From Eledone cirrhosa (Eukaryota), in assembly GCA_964016885.1 (NCBI GenBank), contig OZ024743.1:9486001-9550000 (forward strand): 64,000 nt of DNA, written 5' to 3'. Under the pieces are notes generated by a model that ran no database searches, was not told the DNA's origin, and saw nothing but the letters and a program-made list of their open reading frames with translations. Position 1 is the stretch's first letter. The number at the start of each line of letters is the position of its first letter. Shown here piece by piece: positions 23,721 through 37,899 of this stretch. Both the position numbers and the translations under genes were made by a program.

Positions 23721-24667
23721 TAGCATGTTGAAAAATAGAAAATGTTGCATATTTCAACTGCATTATACAAATTTACGATTATGTAGAAATCATATTTTTG
23801 TAAACTCTTTCATATCATCTAACATCGATGCCATTTTCGTTATGTAAAATCTGTAATCCATAACTTATCTACAGACAGTTTTCTTAAAATATCTGTGTCA
23901 ATAGCCATTACATCCCTTCTGTTTTCATAAACGAACGCTTATATTTATAACAATCCAAATGTATTTATTTTATGGGTATATATGATCCCATGAAAGTCAT
24001 TTTTATTGATTTCTCTTCAAATTTGCATAATTCACCCTATTTCTTCTACTAGATATGATAAATATCTTGCAGGAAACATTTGTCTTGTCATTTTTATATG
24101 CATAATAATATACATATTAATGGTGCTTACATCTTAAAAGAAAAATACCATCATAAGGCAAACATGTGTTGTCCCAACTCCATGGCGCACTGGCATTTTC
24201 GTGTTAAAATATCTTAGAAATTTCCTCTATTTATATTGTAATTTCAGTGAGGAATAGTATGTTTTATATGAAGTCTATCAATTCTCATAAATGATCAGGC
24301 TCAATATAGCTGTCGCTTTTTATATGTTCTTTGTTAGTACGAGTCAATGAGAGTGAGAGAAATAACAGAAATCGTATTGTTGGTATATAGAGTAAGCTTT
24401 GACAGAGATTGTTTACAACTGGACTATTTGATACGAACAGAAGCCAATATGACACGAATGAAGTTACAAAGGGGAGAGGGATGATCATTGTAAATCGTGC
24501 AAAATACGCTGCAAGAAATATATGAACACTTGAAATATTTCTGGCCCTTAAAATGATGACTCCCTATTATAGCTTTACTTTAACTATGAAACATTAACAG
24601 GCACCCATTAGCTTTGAATATGTAACAAGCATGAGGATTGTATCTATGTACTGTTCATAACCAGAAT

Positions 24668-24701
<34 letters not shown>

Positions 24702-25449
24702 GTACTGGGACCTGGAAGATCACAAATCAAATAATCATTCGATACACAATAAGATGCAGATTCGATGTAGAGGATCTATCACGAGATCGTACGGTAGGTC
24801 CTCTACGTCCACTAATATATCTCTACTTCGTATGTATATATATATATATTACTTGATAGACCTTTATTTTGAATATCATATAGGTGCTATGTTTCTTATT
24901 TCAAGAACATTTCTGGAATGATGTGTATCAATAGTGTGTAGACGATGACTGTTAAATGGAGATTATCGGAGACTTAAAAGTGATATTCTCGTGGCCGTGT
25001 GTTTAGTTAGAATTAGCAGTAAACAAATAACTGAAGTGTAGATGGTCGAGTATCATTTAAGTTGGTAGAATAGAGGAAAATCTGTTGATAACGATTAGAG
25101 GGAGCTGTCTAACTGAAACATGGTATCAGATGACAGATGGATCGAATACATAGGGGGAAGTTTTGCTAGAGGTTTACCTACATGGCAATGTCGACCTCCT
25201 GGTTGACAAAAGCTTTCTTCAGAATAGAGAAGCCCTATAGATGACCAGTATTTGATGGCAGAAAAACAATTTTCAGTGTATCTGGCTCTAAAATACCTCA
25301 CTGTTGAGTTGATGAAATTGAGAATATGTATTCATGGTATATATGAAAAGCTGCAAATGAATGTGACACATTTAACCCAAAGTGTACTGCTTACATAACA
25401 ATCTTAACTGAGACGTGGCAAGTGAAATATCCTCTTAAGAATGTCTCAA

Positions 25450-25573
25450 ATAGTACGAATGTAATTTCAAATGTGAGAGAACTTAGTACGAATGTAATAG
25501 TACGAATGTAATTTCGAATGTGAGAGAACTTAGTACGAATGTAATAGTACGAATGTAATTTCGAATGTGAGAA
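25450..25573. repeat. 47 bp-period minisatellite built from TAGTACGAATGTAA subunits
   Basis: About 2.6 copies; the 14-mer occurs five times. Confidence 0.8.
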
Positions 25574-28519
25574 GTGAAGTGATGTGTAAAAACCTCCTTC
25601 CATATCTTTATAGTCTACGTGGGTCTTATGAATATTGAGTGAACATGTCATAATATCTGCATAAGTACAACTGTAAATAAACTATTTAGGCTTTGTTGGT
25701 TTGCTTGTTTGTGAGGTTGGGAATGATGTGACACGATAGGAAATTTTAAGCCAACTGCTACAATATTTTGGAATGGTTGATTCTGAAGAATATGTTCCAT
25801 CTGAGGTCTAAGCAATTCATTGATTTTGCAGTATTACAATGTTTGAGGTATAGTTATTAAGTCACTATTGCGATACCTTACTTATTTGAAGATATGAATA
25901 AAATCTGTATGATATTTTGTTATAAATAATTAAAACAAATATTTACTATTAATCAATTAATTCCAAGTTAGCAAAATATACTTATGACTGACTGAAATAA
26001 TATGTGATAAAAGGAAAGAAATCTAAGGCAATTGGAAGCAAATAGCAGTATGATCTTGATACATATGAACTTTTTGCAATAGTTAGGAGAATATATGTAT
26101 GAAATATTATAACAATGGAACATGAGAGGAAGGAAAGGCAATGATAATCAGAATACAAACTGCAATACATATTATTTGAGTGGTAAGGCTCATGCAGACG
26201 ATTATTCGGTTATTATGTTAATCGATAATTTCCTCTTTAAAAGCAACCGACTGGATCACACGCGAAATCGATTCCATGCAACATCGAATCGTAGAAATTA
26301 TGAAAAAACAACGCAAGCATTGAGATAAAGATATCACCTGCATATGCAAAGAGTAAAAGGGAATAAAACATAAATGTTTTGTTTAATCATGTGAGATAAG
26401 AACGGTTACTTAAAAATATGACTATTCACAATGGATGAACGTTTCCGAAATAAATTAGTAGTAAGGACCAATTTGTTCATGATTCATAATGTGTCTACAC
26501 CTTGAACATTCTCATTCAGCGTGCAAGCATGGACAAGGCGTTTTGTGAAAGATCAGTAGTAGATCATGCATGCAAATCTCCCCTTTTCACGCAGAGCGAA
26601 ATATAAATGCTGACCCTTAAAGGGCCAATTGAGACACCACAAAGCATCCCGTCTTTTCAATTCTACCGGTTTTGTGGTAGCTATAACTATATTATATTTA
26701 ATCTATTGACGTAATAATGTGGACAAATTGTTATTGAATCGATAACTGATTTCTAACTAACATATAGATAAGGCCCCAAAATGTTGGGTATTATCAGCAC
26801 TTAATTTTAACAACTAGTATTAATTTTATTAATCCTGAGATGTTAAAAGACAAACCAAACAATGTAAAGCATAAAGAAACTTACTTGAATATCGCAAGGC
26901 ATTTTGTACAATATCCAAACAATTCTGTTATTGATACGTAACATTAGTTGTAGGATGTATACAGATAAATATTCCTAAATGATTAACCCATTGTCGATTT
27001 GCAGTATCTTGGTAAATAATGCATCGATAATGGCTGTAACAATTGTCGAGTACTTAACATTGAATAATATGAACATCTATTTAATGATTATAGGATTTAA
27101 GCTCTAAACCCTGGATGGAATCGTAGGGGCACCGTCCTTTAAACCTGGCGAAGCTCATCTCCTTCCAGGTCGAAACAGCCAATTTATTCTAGAGAAAGTG
27201 AGAGTGAGAGAGATAGAAAGTACCAGGCTGGTAATTTTTTATCGACCTCGAAAGGATTAAAGACAACGTTGACTGCAGCGTTAAGCCAGAACAAGTGCCG
27301 AGGCATCTTAAGTCAGATTTGAATTTCATATAACTAAATGGGAATTGTTTTATTGTAAAAAATGCAAGTGTCTATTGTGGTTATGAAAACGGAAAAGGGA
27401 GGGAAAGGAAAGGGCTCCAGGGTCACAGAAGAATAGGAGGGGGAAGGTAACTAATTATTCATATTATTGTGTATATTATATATATTCTATGTCAAATTTC
27501 TAAGTATTTTGTGAACAATTGTTGAATATTTATATCTTATATTTAGTAATTGTAAGGGAATCCATTGAATTATCTAGAGAATGAAGTAAAAGATGTGAAT
27601 TAATTGAAAGAAAATTATACTGCAGTATGTATCGTGACCTCGAGAATATGAAACAGTATTGATAATAGAAATATTCTTCAAAACTTGGCAATATTTAGAA
27701 AGAGAATTAAGAAATAATTTGGAAAGCGTCTTCAATATAATTTTTAATTAATTCTAAGTTTTTCAAATAGAATTAAATAAAATGCTATTTGCGCCAACTA
27801 GTTTCATTATAATAGATTAATGATTCAAATAATCTAATTGTTTGATCCTGTGATGGAATAAAAGAGACAAATACGAAAACTTAATTTATGAAGATATAAT
27901 ATAGAAAATAATTATAGCATATTCAAATTTGAATATTGTCTTTCATTCTATAGAACTAAGAGGTATTTGTTATCAATAAATCCTTTGGATTTTGAGATGC
28001 AAATATAATCAAGGCTTCAATAATTTTCCTGGCGATTAGAAATACGCTGGTTCTGATATTTAGTTTGTCCTGAATTCAATTTTGAACCATCTGAGGAAAT
28101 TGCTGGATCAATTTTTATTTTTAGATTCAAAACGAGTTTTCAAAATCATACAAATAAAATCTAAACCTTTCTAGTAAACCTGAAAATTATAAACTTCAAA
28201 ATGTTTTGTATATGTGCTTTTCTTCAAGGTGAAACTGAAAAACCCTAGAAGATTACAATAAAAATTAGATTCAGAATTAAATAATTATGATGTAAGTTCG
28301 GAGCGAATAAATACGTCTATTTAAATTTAACATGGTGCAACATTTATTTTATAAACCGTTATTATTAGGGTTATTTGTTTTAACGAACAGTACATAGTGC
28401 AAAGAAGGCCAAGTTAAAGTAAGTGCACAACCCAGAGAGACTTCGAATTCCAGTCCAATCTTGAATCATTTACCAAAGACATATACTTGTTATTTTAATG
28501 TCTAAGTCTAAAGACTGTT

Positions 28520-28781
28520 TTAAGCCATTTAAGTCACGTAAGGCCGCTGCTTATCCCGGTATCATGGCGTGAAGCTACTGAGAGTACAAGACCCCTCCTG
28601 GACAGGATGCCAGTCCATTGTAGGATTAAACCCCCAGCTGTTGCTGGTACTCATTTTCAGCTGAGTATACTGGAGCAACGTGAAATGAAGTGTTTTGCTC
28701 AAGAAAACAACATGCAACCCAACTCAGGAATCGAACCCACGACATTATGATCGTAATTCCAATACCCTTACCACTAGCCAA
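28520..28781 (-). mobile_element. tRNA-derived SINE
   Basis: Minus-strand head TGGCTAGTGGTAAGG...GGGTTCGATTCC (A/B boxes); body shared with 54460-54720. Confidence 0.75.
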
Positions 28782-29144
28782 ATAATTAGTAATGTTCGTC
28801 CAGTCATTTTTGTAAAATTGATATTTTCTTACTTTAGGCTTCATTTGGTGAGTGTAGCAATTATTTGTTTTTTTATTGGTAAAAGGAATTTTAATATGAA
28901 AAATGGTGGTGTCATGATCCGAACCTAGATCTATATTATGGTTTAATTTCCAGTTTTCTATAAAGGTAGAGTCTTAGAGAGAAGTCGACAAATAATTTAT
29001 TGATGAGGTTCTATTAGTAGAATGTCTGTAGGTAGGGGAGTCTAGTACTGTATATAAAATAAAGTTGTATTTATTCATAATCACTAAGAGATATTCTCGT
29101 TCTTTTATGTTATTTTTTTTTTATAGTTAGCATTCCTGAATGAA

Positions 29145-29485
29145 TGATATGCATTGAAATCTCCTGGAATTAGAGTCTTACCTCATAGGTTAGATTTATG
29201 TAGGAAATCTTCAATTATTGTTATTGTCTCTGTGCTCTTTGGGGAGTTATAAATATTTAATAAATAGAAGTCTAGCTTTCGGATGCGCATATAAACAATA
29301 TCTATGGCGTTGCACTCCCTTTGTATTATGTCTAATTTAGAGTTTAATTCTATTCTAATCACTCTGAGACAACTTGATGCTCCATGATAGCATGTATTAG
29401 GTATAAATAAAGAGTATTCTGTGTATTCGCTTTTGTTTAGGTTCAAGTCATTTAGTAGGGGCTCTTGAAATAAATATATCAAATA
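29145..29485 (-). pseudogene. LINE apurinic-like endonuclease fragment
   Basis: LFQEP...LLNIYNSP...LIPGDFNAYH motifs. Confidence 0.65.
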
Positions 29486-29489
29486 AATC

Positions 29490-30042
29490 AATAAACATAT
29501 GAGTAGCTTTGCTGCTGAGGAAAAATATTTTTTCGTAACGAAACGAAACCATTTTTATTTTACTCTATTTTCCTCGGTTGATATATCACCGGGTTGCCAG
29601 TATCTTTCGCGAATGTCAAACAGCACGTTGGTTGAAGATTTGTAAATCTTTCATCAGTGACACTCACTCAGAACGTACTGGAATGAAATTGACTATAGGC
29701 TATATATAATTTTCTGGGATGATCGCTTGCTGGATATGCTCATTTGCATAGAGCAAAGCAGAACAACATCTACCGAAAGTGGTAATTTGCATATAGTGTA
29801 AGCCTGGCTGGTTATATTCAATTAGCGGTAGCACTAAGACTGCATTTAAGAATAATATAGATGAAATCATATATAATACATTTGTATACAACAAACTTAT
29901 GGGTAGCCTCGCTGCCCAAGAAAAATATTTTCCCTAAAGAAACGAGAAAAGTTTACTTTTCTCTATTTTCCTCGTTGAAAATATCAACGAATTGCTGTAT
30001 ATTGCGAGGCTTAAGACAGCACGCTGTATAATACGTTCATAT

Positions 30043-30045
<3 letters not shown>
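29490..30045 (-). mobile_element. Old ~400 bp-period HHR element, octamer/TATA family copy A4 (about 1.4 diverged units)
   Basis: 29493-29630 repeats at 29893-30030; octamers at 29742-29749 and 29785-29792, TATA at 29701-29708, CTGATGA at 29651-29657 with stems I-III but GAAA decayed to CAAC. Confidence 0.65.
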
Positions 30046-30119
<74 letters not shown>

Positions 30120-33100
30120 GGAGAAGAACATCTGATCATGCATTATCATTATCTTGAAAATGGTTAAGGAATTGATAACCACAGAGATATAGCACATTTG
30201 CTTAACGGATTTTCTTACACATCAAAGTAAAAACAATAGAGCTTTTACTATAAACTTCACATATATGATTACTTTGAGATTGTATTCTAAAGCGAGAAAG
30301 GAGTTATTAAGTAAGAGGATAGAGTGTATGTTGAAATATGTTTTATGACATTGATAGGAAGGGTTTTAGCGTTATCATTGGCATCGTGTTTGAATTTCCT
30401 GTACATAATTTATAGAATAATCCACCAGAAAGTACCTTTGCAGCTAAAGTACAATTTCGGTTGAAATTGATTCCTCGGAGTCAAATAATATAATATAGCC
30501 ATGCGTTATCTTCAATTTGTATCAGTTTACACTAGATACATCTATATAATGAAACTAGAAAGTGTTGTAGTTAATAGTGTGCGTTTTTGCAACTCCTCAA
30601 GATGAATGGAAAACTGATGTATTGATATCGAAGTCAACTTTCGATTATTTCTTTTACACTAAATAGTTTTTCGCAAACATTTTTGCTCTTACACACGATA
30701 GAGCAAGAATAAAAAATAATCTAGAAAAAGCAACATAAATAATATCTAAGTCCTTTAAAGTCTTTGAGAAATGGCGTACGTATTTTAGGACAGTTTTTAG
30801 CATCTATATATAAGCTCTTAAAGCAAATCCTATTGTTATGAAAATAAAATATGTATTACACGATGTTTCTGCTAATCAGCACTGACAGTACATAACATCT
30901 TCCCTTCCGCAGTCTACCTTTCTAGCTTACTTAGCCCCGTGGATGGACACCAACCAGGCGTAAAAAATCTTTCATCCCCTTGTGTTTAACAAATTTCACT
31001 TAGCAGACTTTGTGCTAAATATCATTCTTAGACGGTGTTCTCTCAAGTTGGTTCACATTCCTACCAAATGTTTTAACGCTTCTCTCTGTATGAAGTATTT
31101 TCTACAGCATAGTACATATTCCAGATACCTTGTAGGTGACTCCAGATTAGACCCCACTGTTTTATTCTGTGTCCACAACGTAGTTCATCTCTGTGTCTAG
31201 CTAAGTAAATTTTGAAAATAGTTTAAATTAATATCTTAAAACAATTGGTACTATGAATTTCGAATAATATACACATACACTGCCACAATGCTCAGAACCA
31301 TATGTAGGCAGAGCCACCATACTAATGCTGAGCCTTATAATTGCGTAAAGACTTTCGTACTAACAACACATTTAAACAGTCAAAACTACTCCCGAAATTC
31401 TTTTTTGCCTCTTAGAGAGAAACAATTATCACACACATATGTTGGATTTCATCCAAAAATCCCAAACAGCATTTTTCTGATAAGTAATTTGTTAGTAGCT
31501 CATACTTTTACGTCGCTTGGTATATTTTCTATTATTATTATAACAGTCTGAGACTCCGAAAATTTCATTTTCTCAAATAACGTTGATTCAGATTTAACTA
31601 ACATCTGCCTCGAGAGGGTCATCTTATAGGACCTGCACCGAACCATTTATTACAACCTTAACTAATACTGCATCATACTTAACCATATCATCCTACCTTT
31701 TTCACATACCCTTTCTCTCTCTCTCTTTCCTTACTTGTCACAGTAGTTTACGTAAAGAGATAACACTGAAAGTAAACACCCTGTTGATTATGCACTGGTC
31801 TAAATAAAGTACCCTCAACTTCCAATAATGCTGTCTCTATATATTATCATTTAAGATTTATAGTGACAATGTTAGGAGATAACTTACCAATGAAATACAA
31901 CTAAAATTTCCCAAATATAAAAAAATACTAGTATATGAAATCGTTGCTCAAGAATTCCAATCCATATCCCACTTTATATACCAATAGCAATAAGCTAGAT
32001 ATAAACAGTTTCCAGGTCAACTTACTAATTAATGTTAGGCTATAATATTCATAAAAACAATATTTATATGTTAATGATGCACTGATCCTCAGATGAAATC
32101 TTTACATTTATTCAACGACGCACTACCCTAAATTATCTGATAAGGGTGATAAAATGTTTTCCTCATACATTGTTTTCAGCATTTATATATTCATTAAATA
32201 TAGTTATGTATATTTAAAATTGTTGAAGTCATTTTCATATACTTTCAGCTCTCTGCTGTTTATATACGACAAGAGAACCTAAGTGTAATCTCAATAAAAA
32301 TGCATTTTCAATATAAATCTCTCTTTAAAAACCCAGAACAATAACTAAACATGTTTGATGTATAAATTATTGATATGTATAAAAACGCCAGAAGATTATT
32401 AAAAACGAACTTAAAGAAAACATCAAACGTTTTGAAATAGTTTAATCACAATGGGCGTTATATACAAAATTATTACTGCACAGAATGGTATATAAATGTA
32501 AATAACTAAACCCGAAGAACAATGACATTATAACGGCAAATAACACAAAACTGATAAAATAATTAAACAACTTCTGTATCAGAGGGAATTTAATTGGAAG
32601 AGCAACAAAAATGTACATATTTGAATCGCTGGCTATAATAATGTAGTGTGTATTATATGTATTGCTCTCCGCCTTATCTAAATAAAAATAATTAAGAAGT
32701 AAAACGAAAATTCTATCAAAATAATAAACCTGTTTTATTTTGAATCGCAATGAATTCTGCTTAATAAAACTTTAAAGATCATTCATTGACATTGAACAAT
32801 GTTGGTGGTTAGTGGATATTAGTGTAGAGCCAGTAATAGTGATGACGTTATCGATACATTTATATCCAATCACATTGCATGTGATTGGATATTATTGTAT
32901 TCCTCTAATGATTCAATGATCTGCGTTTTCCACAAACACCAAGAGGATATTAAATCATATCTACACTTATAGCCAGAATAAAGAAAGGGTTTCATATTTT
33001 AAAGTTCTTATTATTATTGATGGAAGTCTCAGAACAAGTGTTCTCTGCGCGACTTCTGTGTAAATGCTTTTGAGAATTGTAGTAATACAATTTTCATTCT

Positions 33101-34356
33101 TCAAAATTATTCTAGTCTCATAAACAATAACCCTAAATACCAGAATGTATTTTGTTTCGGTGGACGATTTCAAAAGTAACAAAAAGATTTGGTATTGACA
33201 CAAAATAATTCTTTCTTTCACAAAATAATAGTAATAAATGCTACTGATAATGTATTCAATACTTTCGGAACATAATATACGGTATAACTCTTCACATAGT
33301 CATCATAAAAGGCCATTAGGTTTAAAGTAGGTTGTTTGGAAATATAGAAAGAAACCGATGGAATGGCGTTATGTGAGAGAACGTAAGTATATCAGTATGA
33401 AATATAAATTGAAATGCGTGATTACAATTTAGTGGCTACCAATATATGTGAACTAAAGTGCAGGTCGTAATCTTTCGAAACAGATCCTTGTAGTGGTACG
33501 GTAGAGGACAAAACAACACTGTTTACCAAACGATTTACGTACAAATATTCTTATCTCCGCATATATCCATTTCAACATACATTTAGATAAGAAGGAAGAG
33601 AGGTAAATAAGGAACTTAAAGGATGTTAGCAGAGACCGGATCTTGTCGCATTAATAATAGTAAACAAATGGAAAAAGACGAGGAATAAATGTAGGTTTAT
33701 TTATCATTGAATCATTGACGACTTGCAAACATGGCAACCGATAAGTTAAAAAAAAACAAACAAAATCATAGGAACAAGCATGGTTAAATGAGTAATGGAC
33801 ATTGATTTGTACATAGATGACACACATATGATATCATCAAGAGAGCCCCAGCAGCTGGTCAGTTGCCGCATGTAACATATGTAGTTTTGAATCCTCGATG
33901 ATACTGCTGGTTCATTTAGTGTTACAACATCGAACAACATAACTAAACACTACCTGAGTATTTTAAACGACAGGGAACGAGACGAAAAATAGAAAACAGT
34001 ACAGCAACGATAGAGTAAATAAATTTGAACCGAGACAGTGAGAAGGAACATGGGACTGACAAAGTATATAAGAAATATGGGTGATAATTAAATTGAGCAA
34101 TATATAACAAAGAAGGGAAGAGTCGTTAGATTGATTCAGATGGCAAAACAGAGAGGATTGACGCGGAGAAATCAGATGAAATGCCTTAGGTTAAAAAGAA
34201 ATTGGTATTGAAATCAGTAGCGTAAATGAAATCTATAGAATCACGAGACAAAGAATGTAGGACATATGAGTTTCTTAGTAGAAGTGGGTAGATTCAGTGT
34301 TTTTTTCAGATTAATAGCATCAAACAATTGAAAAACGATTGATAACAAACATGCCG

Positions 34357-34803
34357 AGGAGATGGCAAAAGGCCAGACGGTATGACCATCTTCACATTCC
34401 ACGGTGGTAAACACCTCGTCTGGGATGCCACTTGCAGCGACACTTTCTCCAGCCGCAACCTGGTGCAGTCCGCGACTAGCCCAGGTACTGATGCATGTCA
34501 GGATGAGGAGGCCAAGCTCTCCGACGGGTTCGCGGTCGTGCCCTTGGCAGTCGATACTTCTGGTGTCTACCTCCCTATTCACCACCATAGGCGCTGAGCT
34601 GGCCAGCCGTAGGTTTGAGCCTCGCGAGTTGGAATGGCTCTTCCAGCGCATCTCCCTTACCATCCACCGGGGAAACGCCTTCTCCATCCTGTCCGCCGGG
34701 GCTGTGGGGAGGCCAGCACCTGGGACCCCATTTTCTCACCATATGGATTAATAGGCAAAGTTATAAACTATTGTAAATAAACCTATTTACGTTTTAAAAA
34801 AAA
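34357..34803 (+). mobile_element. CRE-like non-LTR retrotransposon 3' end (restriction-like endonuclease)
   Basis: DGKRPDGMT...LVWDATCSDT...PLAVDTSG...LFQRISLTIHRGNA, then AATAAA and an A-run. Confidence 0.8.
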
Positions 34804-35286
34804 CATGCATGGCGTCAATAGAATCACTAAATGCACAAATGTCAACGGATAAAACAAAACAAAAAACAAAAAAAAAACAACAGACAGAAATACAAAAATT
34901 CTTCGATGGAGACGTTTAGAGGAGCAAGACACGACACATATCTAGAACATTTAAAGCAAATATATTTTTTGGCGTAGAACATCTTAGCAATGAGATCCAT
35001 AAACATAAAAGGGTGTATCTCCTATGAAATGCGCTATGATTATAGCCTGATGTTAACAAATATACAATTTCGTGAAATTTACGAGGAATAACATCATACC
35101 TATTCTCTCTTACTAACTAATAGAAACACGCAGCTGTTTAATCAACTATTGTTTACTCGACTTATAGAAGTAAATATGAGAACTTATGAATAAGAACGAA
35201 TAAAATTGAATACAGTCGTGTATTCAATATAAACACCTGTAATTAAAGCTTTACTCTGTATCTACTCATACATACATGCATACATA

Positions 35287-35732
35287 TATGATGGCTGCAA
35301 ACTCTGCTAAGAATATTGCAATCGCTTGTCAGAGTATAGAGTTTGGTGCACTTTTAGGCTACGGCCAGCCAAACGGACCTGTAACATATCCTGAACAACC
35401 AATGCATGTGCTTTGAAGATTTTTTAAGTGGGGAAAGGCCTTGCACACGACCAATCCCACTGTAAAAGAGAACTGGTCAAAATCATCGGATGCTTCCGAA
35501 GCCGCAGTTTTTTTTTTCAGAGTTTCCCTCTCCAGAAAGGTGTTGTGACAACTGAGGGGCATTTCACTCCCAGGTAAAAAAAAACAAAAAACAAAAAAAT
35601 ACTATTTGGATGGCTGTTGATTCTGCTGAGTTCCTCCTCCTTGTATTTCATCCCACAGGGTGTCAAAATATCACCTTCCTCACCAAGATAGCGTGGTGGG
35701 GTTGCCAGTTTAGTCACCGACGACCCGACTAT
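35287..35732 (-). mobile_element. Diverged member of the RTE-related short non-coding family (42255-42808)
   Basis: Shares the 5' GTCGGGTCGT..GACTAAACTGGCAACCCCACC, GGAGAGGGAAACTCTG and the 3' GAGTTTGCAGCCATC followed by microsatellite. Confidence 0.65.
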
Positions 35733-35800
35733 GAGACAGATTACATGTTATCAGTAGTATTCGAGATACATACATACATACATACATATATATATGCAAT

Positions 35801-35838
<38 letters not shown>

Positions 35839-35864
35839 CAAATATATGCAATTATGCAGAGTCC

Positions 35865-35931
<67 letters not shown>

Positions 35932-35941
<10 letters not shown>

Positions 35942-37871
35942 AAATAAGAAAATTTCTTTAAAAAAATTTTTTTTTTTTTTTTAAATTAACTTACTTAAAT
36001 TTTCACTCCAACTAATTAGTTTCTGCAATGGGATAAAGACAGTTACGTAATGAACTGTTGAGAATTTCATTGCGTCATCAGGGAAGTCATTCTCAGCCGA
36101 GTCTCCAGGCGATGCGCGGACACTAGGGACTCATATAAAAATAATAATAATTCGGCAACTGGAACAGCTATCGAGGACTGGATTCCAGCCACTGAAAATT
36201 CTCACTGCCACTGATCATATGGCCGATTCTAAAGAATCAATCACGTGACACAGAGGCTAGTCAGTAGGAATGGGATGGTAAGATGACAGACGCCTACTAA
36301 CACCCCCAAAAAAAATTTAGAAGTGGTTTTGGCAGGTTTGCTCGACAAATCAGTGATTTGGAGATAAATATAGATAATTTAATATATCTACTAACATAAG
36401 CGCACAGATGTACGCTAATGCCAGCAAATACACAGGTTATGTTATAGTACCTAGGTGGTTCAATGCAGGAGAATGCAGAACAATAATATATAAGACGTAA
36501 AATAAGAAAATTTCTTTAAAAAAAATTTTTTTTTTTTTTTCTAAATTAACTTACTTACTTAAATTTTCACTCCAACTAATTAGTTTCTGCAATGGGATAA
36601 AGACAGTTACGTAATGAACTGTTGAGAATTTCATTGCGTCATCAGGGAGGTCATTCTCAGCCGAGTCTCCAGGCGATGCGCGGACACTAGGGACTCATAT
36701 AAAAATAATAATAATTCGGCAACTGGAACAGCTATCGAGGACTGGATTCCAGCCACTGAAAATTCTCACTGCCACTGATCATATGGCCGATTCTAAAGAA
36801 TCAATCACGTGACACAGAGGCTAGTCAGTAGGAATGGGATGGTAAGATGACAGACGCCTACTAACACCCCCAAAAAAAATTTAGAAGTGGTTTGGCAGGT
36901 TTGCTCGACAAATCAGTGATTTGGAGATAAATATAGATAATTTAATATATTTACTAACATAAGCGCACAGATGTACGCTAATGCCAGCAAATACACAGGT
37001 TATGTCATAGTACCTAGGTGGTTCAATGCAGGAGAATACAGAACAATAATATATAAGACGTAAAATAAGAAAATTTCTTTAAAAAAATGTTTTTTTTAAA
37101 ATTAACTTACTTACTTAAATTTTCACTCCCACTAATTAGTTTCTGCAATGGGATAAAGACAGTTACGTAATGAACTGTTGAGAATTTCATTGCGTCATCA
37201 GGGAGGTCATTCTCAGCCGAGTCTCCAGGTACTATGACATAACCTGTGTATTTGCTGGCATTAGCGTACATCTGTGCGCTTATGTTAGTAGATATATTAA
37301 ATTATCTATATTTATCTCCAAATCACTGATTTGTCGAGCAAACCTGCCAAAACCACTTCTAAATTTTTTTTGGGGGTGTTAGTAGGCGTCTGTCATCTTA
37401 CCATCCCATTCCTACTGACTTGCCTCTGTCTCACGTGATTGATTCTTTAGAATCGGCCATATGATCAGTGGCAGTGAGAATTTTCAGTGGCTGGAATCCA
37501 GTCCTCGATAGCTGTTCCAGTTGCCGAATTATTATTATTTTTATATGAGTCCCTAGTGTCCGCGCATCGCCTGGAGACTCGGCTGAGAATGACCTCCCTG
37601 ATGACACAATGAAATTATCAACAGTTCATTACGTAACTGTCTTTATTCCATTGCAGAAACTAATTAGTTGGAGTGAACATTTAAGTAAGTAAGTTAATTT
37701 AAAAAAAAAAAAAAATTTTTTAAAAGAAATTTTCTTATTTTACGTCTTATATATTATTGTTCTGCATTCTCCTGCATTGAACCACCTAGGTACTATGACA
37801 TAACCTGTGTATTTGCTGGCATTAGCGTACATCTGTGCGCTTATGTTAGTAGATATATTAAATTATCTATA
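35932..37871. mobile_element. Retrozyme-like array: ~560 bp non-coding monomer, about 2.3 tandem units (-) plus about 1.15 inverted units (+)
   Basis: HHRs at 36006-36085, 36570-36649 and 37126-37205 (-) and 37594-37673 (+); inversion junction near 37228; (TA)n flanks. Confidence 0.9.
37594..37673 (+). ncRNA. Hammerhead ribozyme of the 560 bp monomer
   Basis: CTCC-CTGATGA-c(G/A)CAATG...CATTGCa-GAAA-CTAATTAG-TT-GGAG. Confidence 0.8.
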
Positions 37872-37899
37872 TCTATATATATATGTATATATGCATATG

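Noticed and set aside
24760-24812. Hairpin GATGTAGAGGATCTATC/GGTAGGTCCTCTACGTC between microsatellites
   Set aside because: No ribozyme core or second copy in the window; cannot be assigned
25450-25573. Recurrent 14-mer resembling a CRISPR repeat
   Set aside because: Spacers are themselves repeated; eukaryotic minisatellite with no cas genes
32861-32893. Perfect 15 bp-arm palindrome with CCAAT
   Set aside because: Single short occurrence without supporting context
33746-33960. Slightly GC-richer segment as a possible host exon
   Set aside because: No convincing splice-bounded frame or recognisable protein similarity
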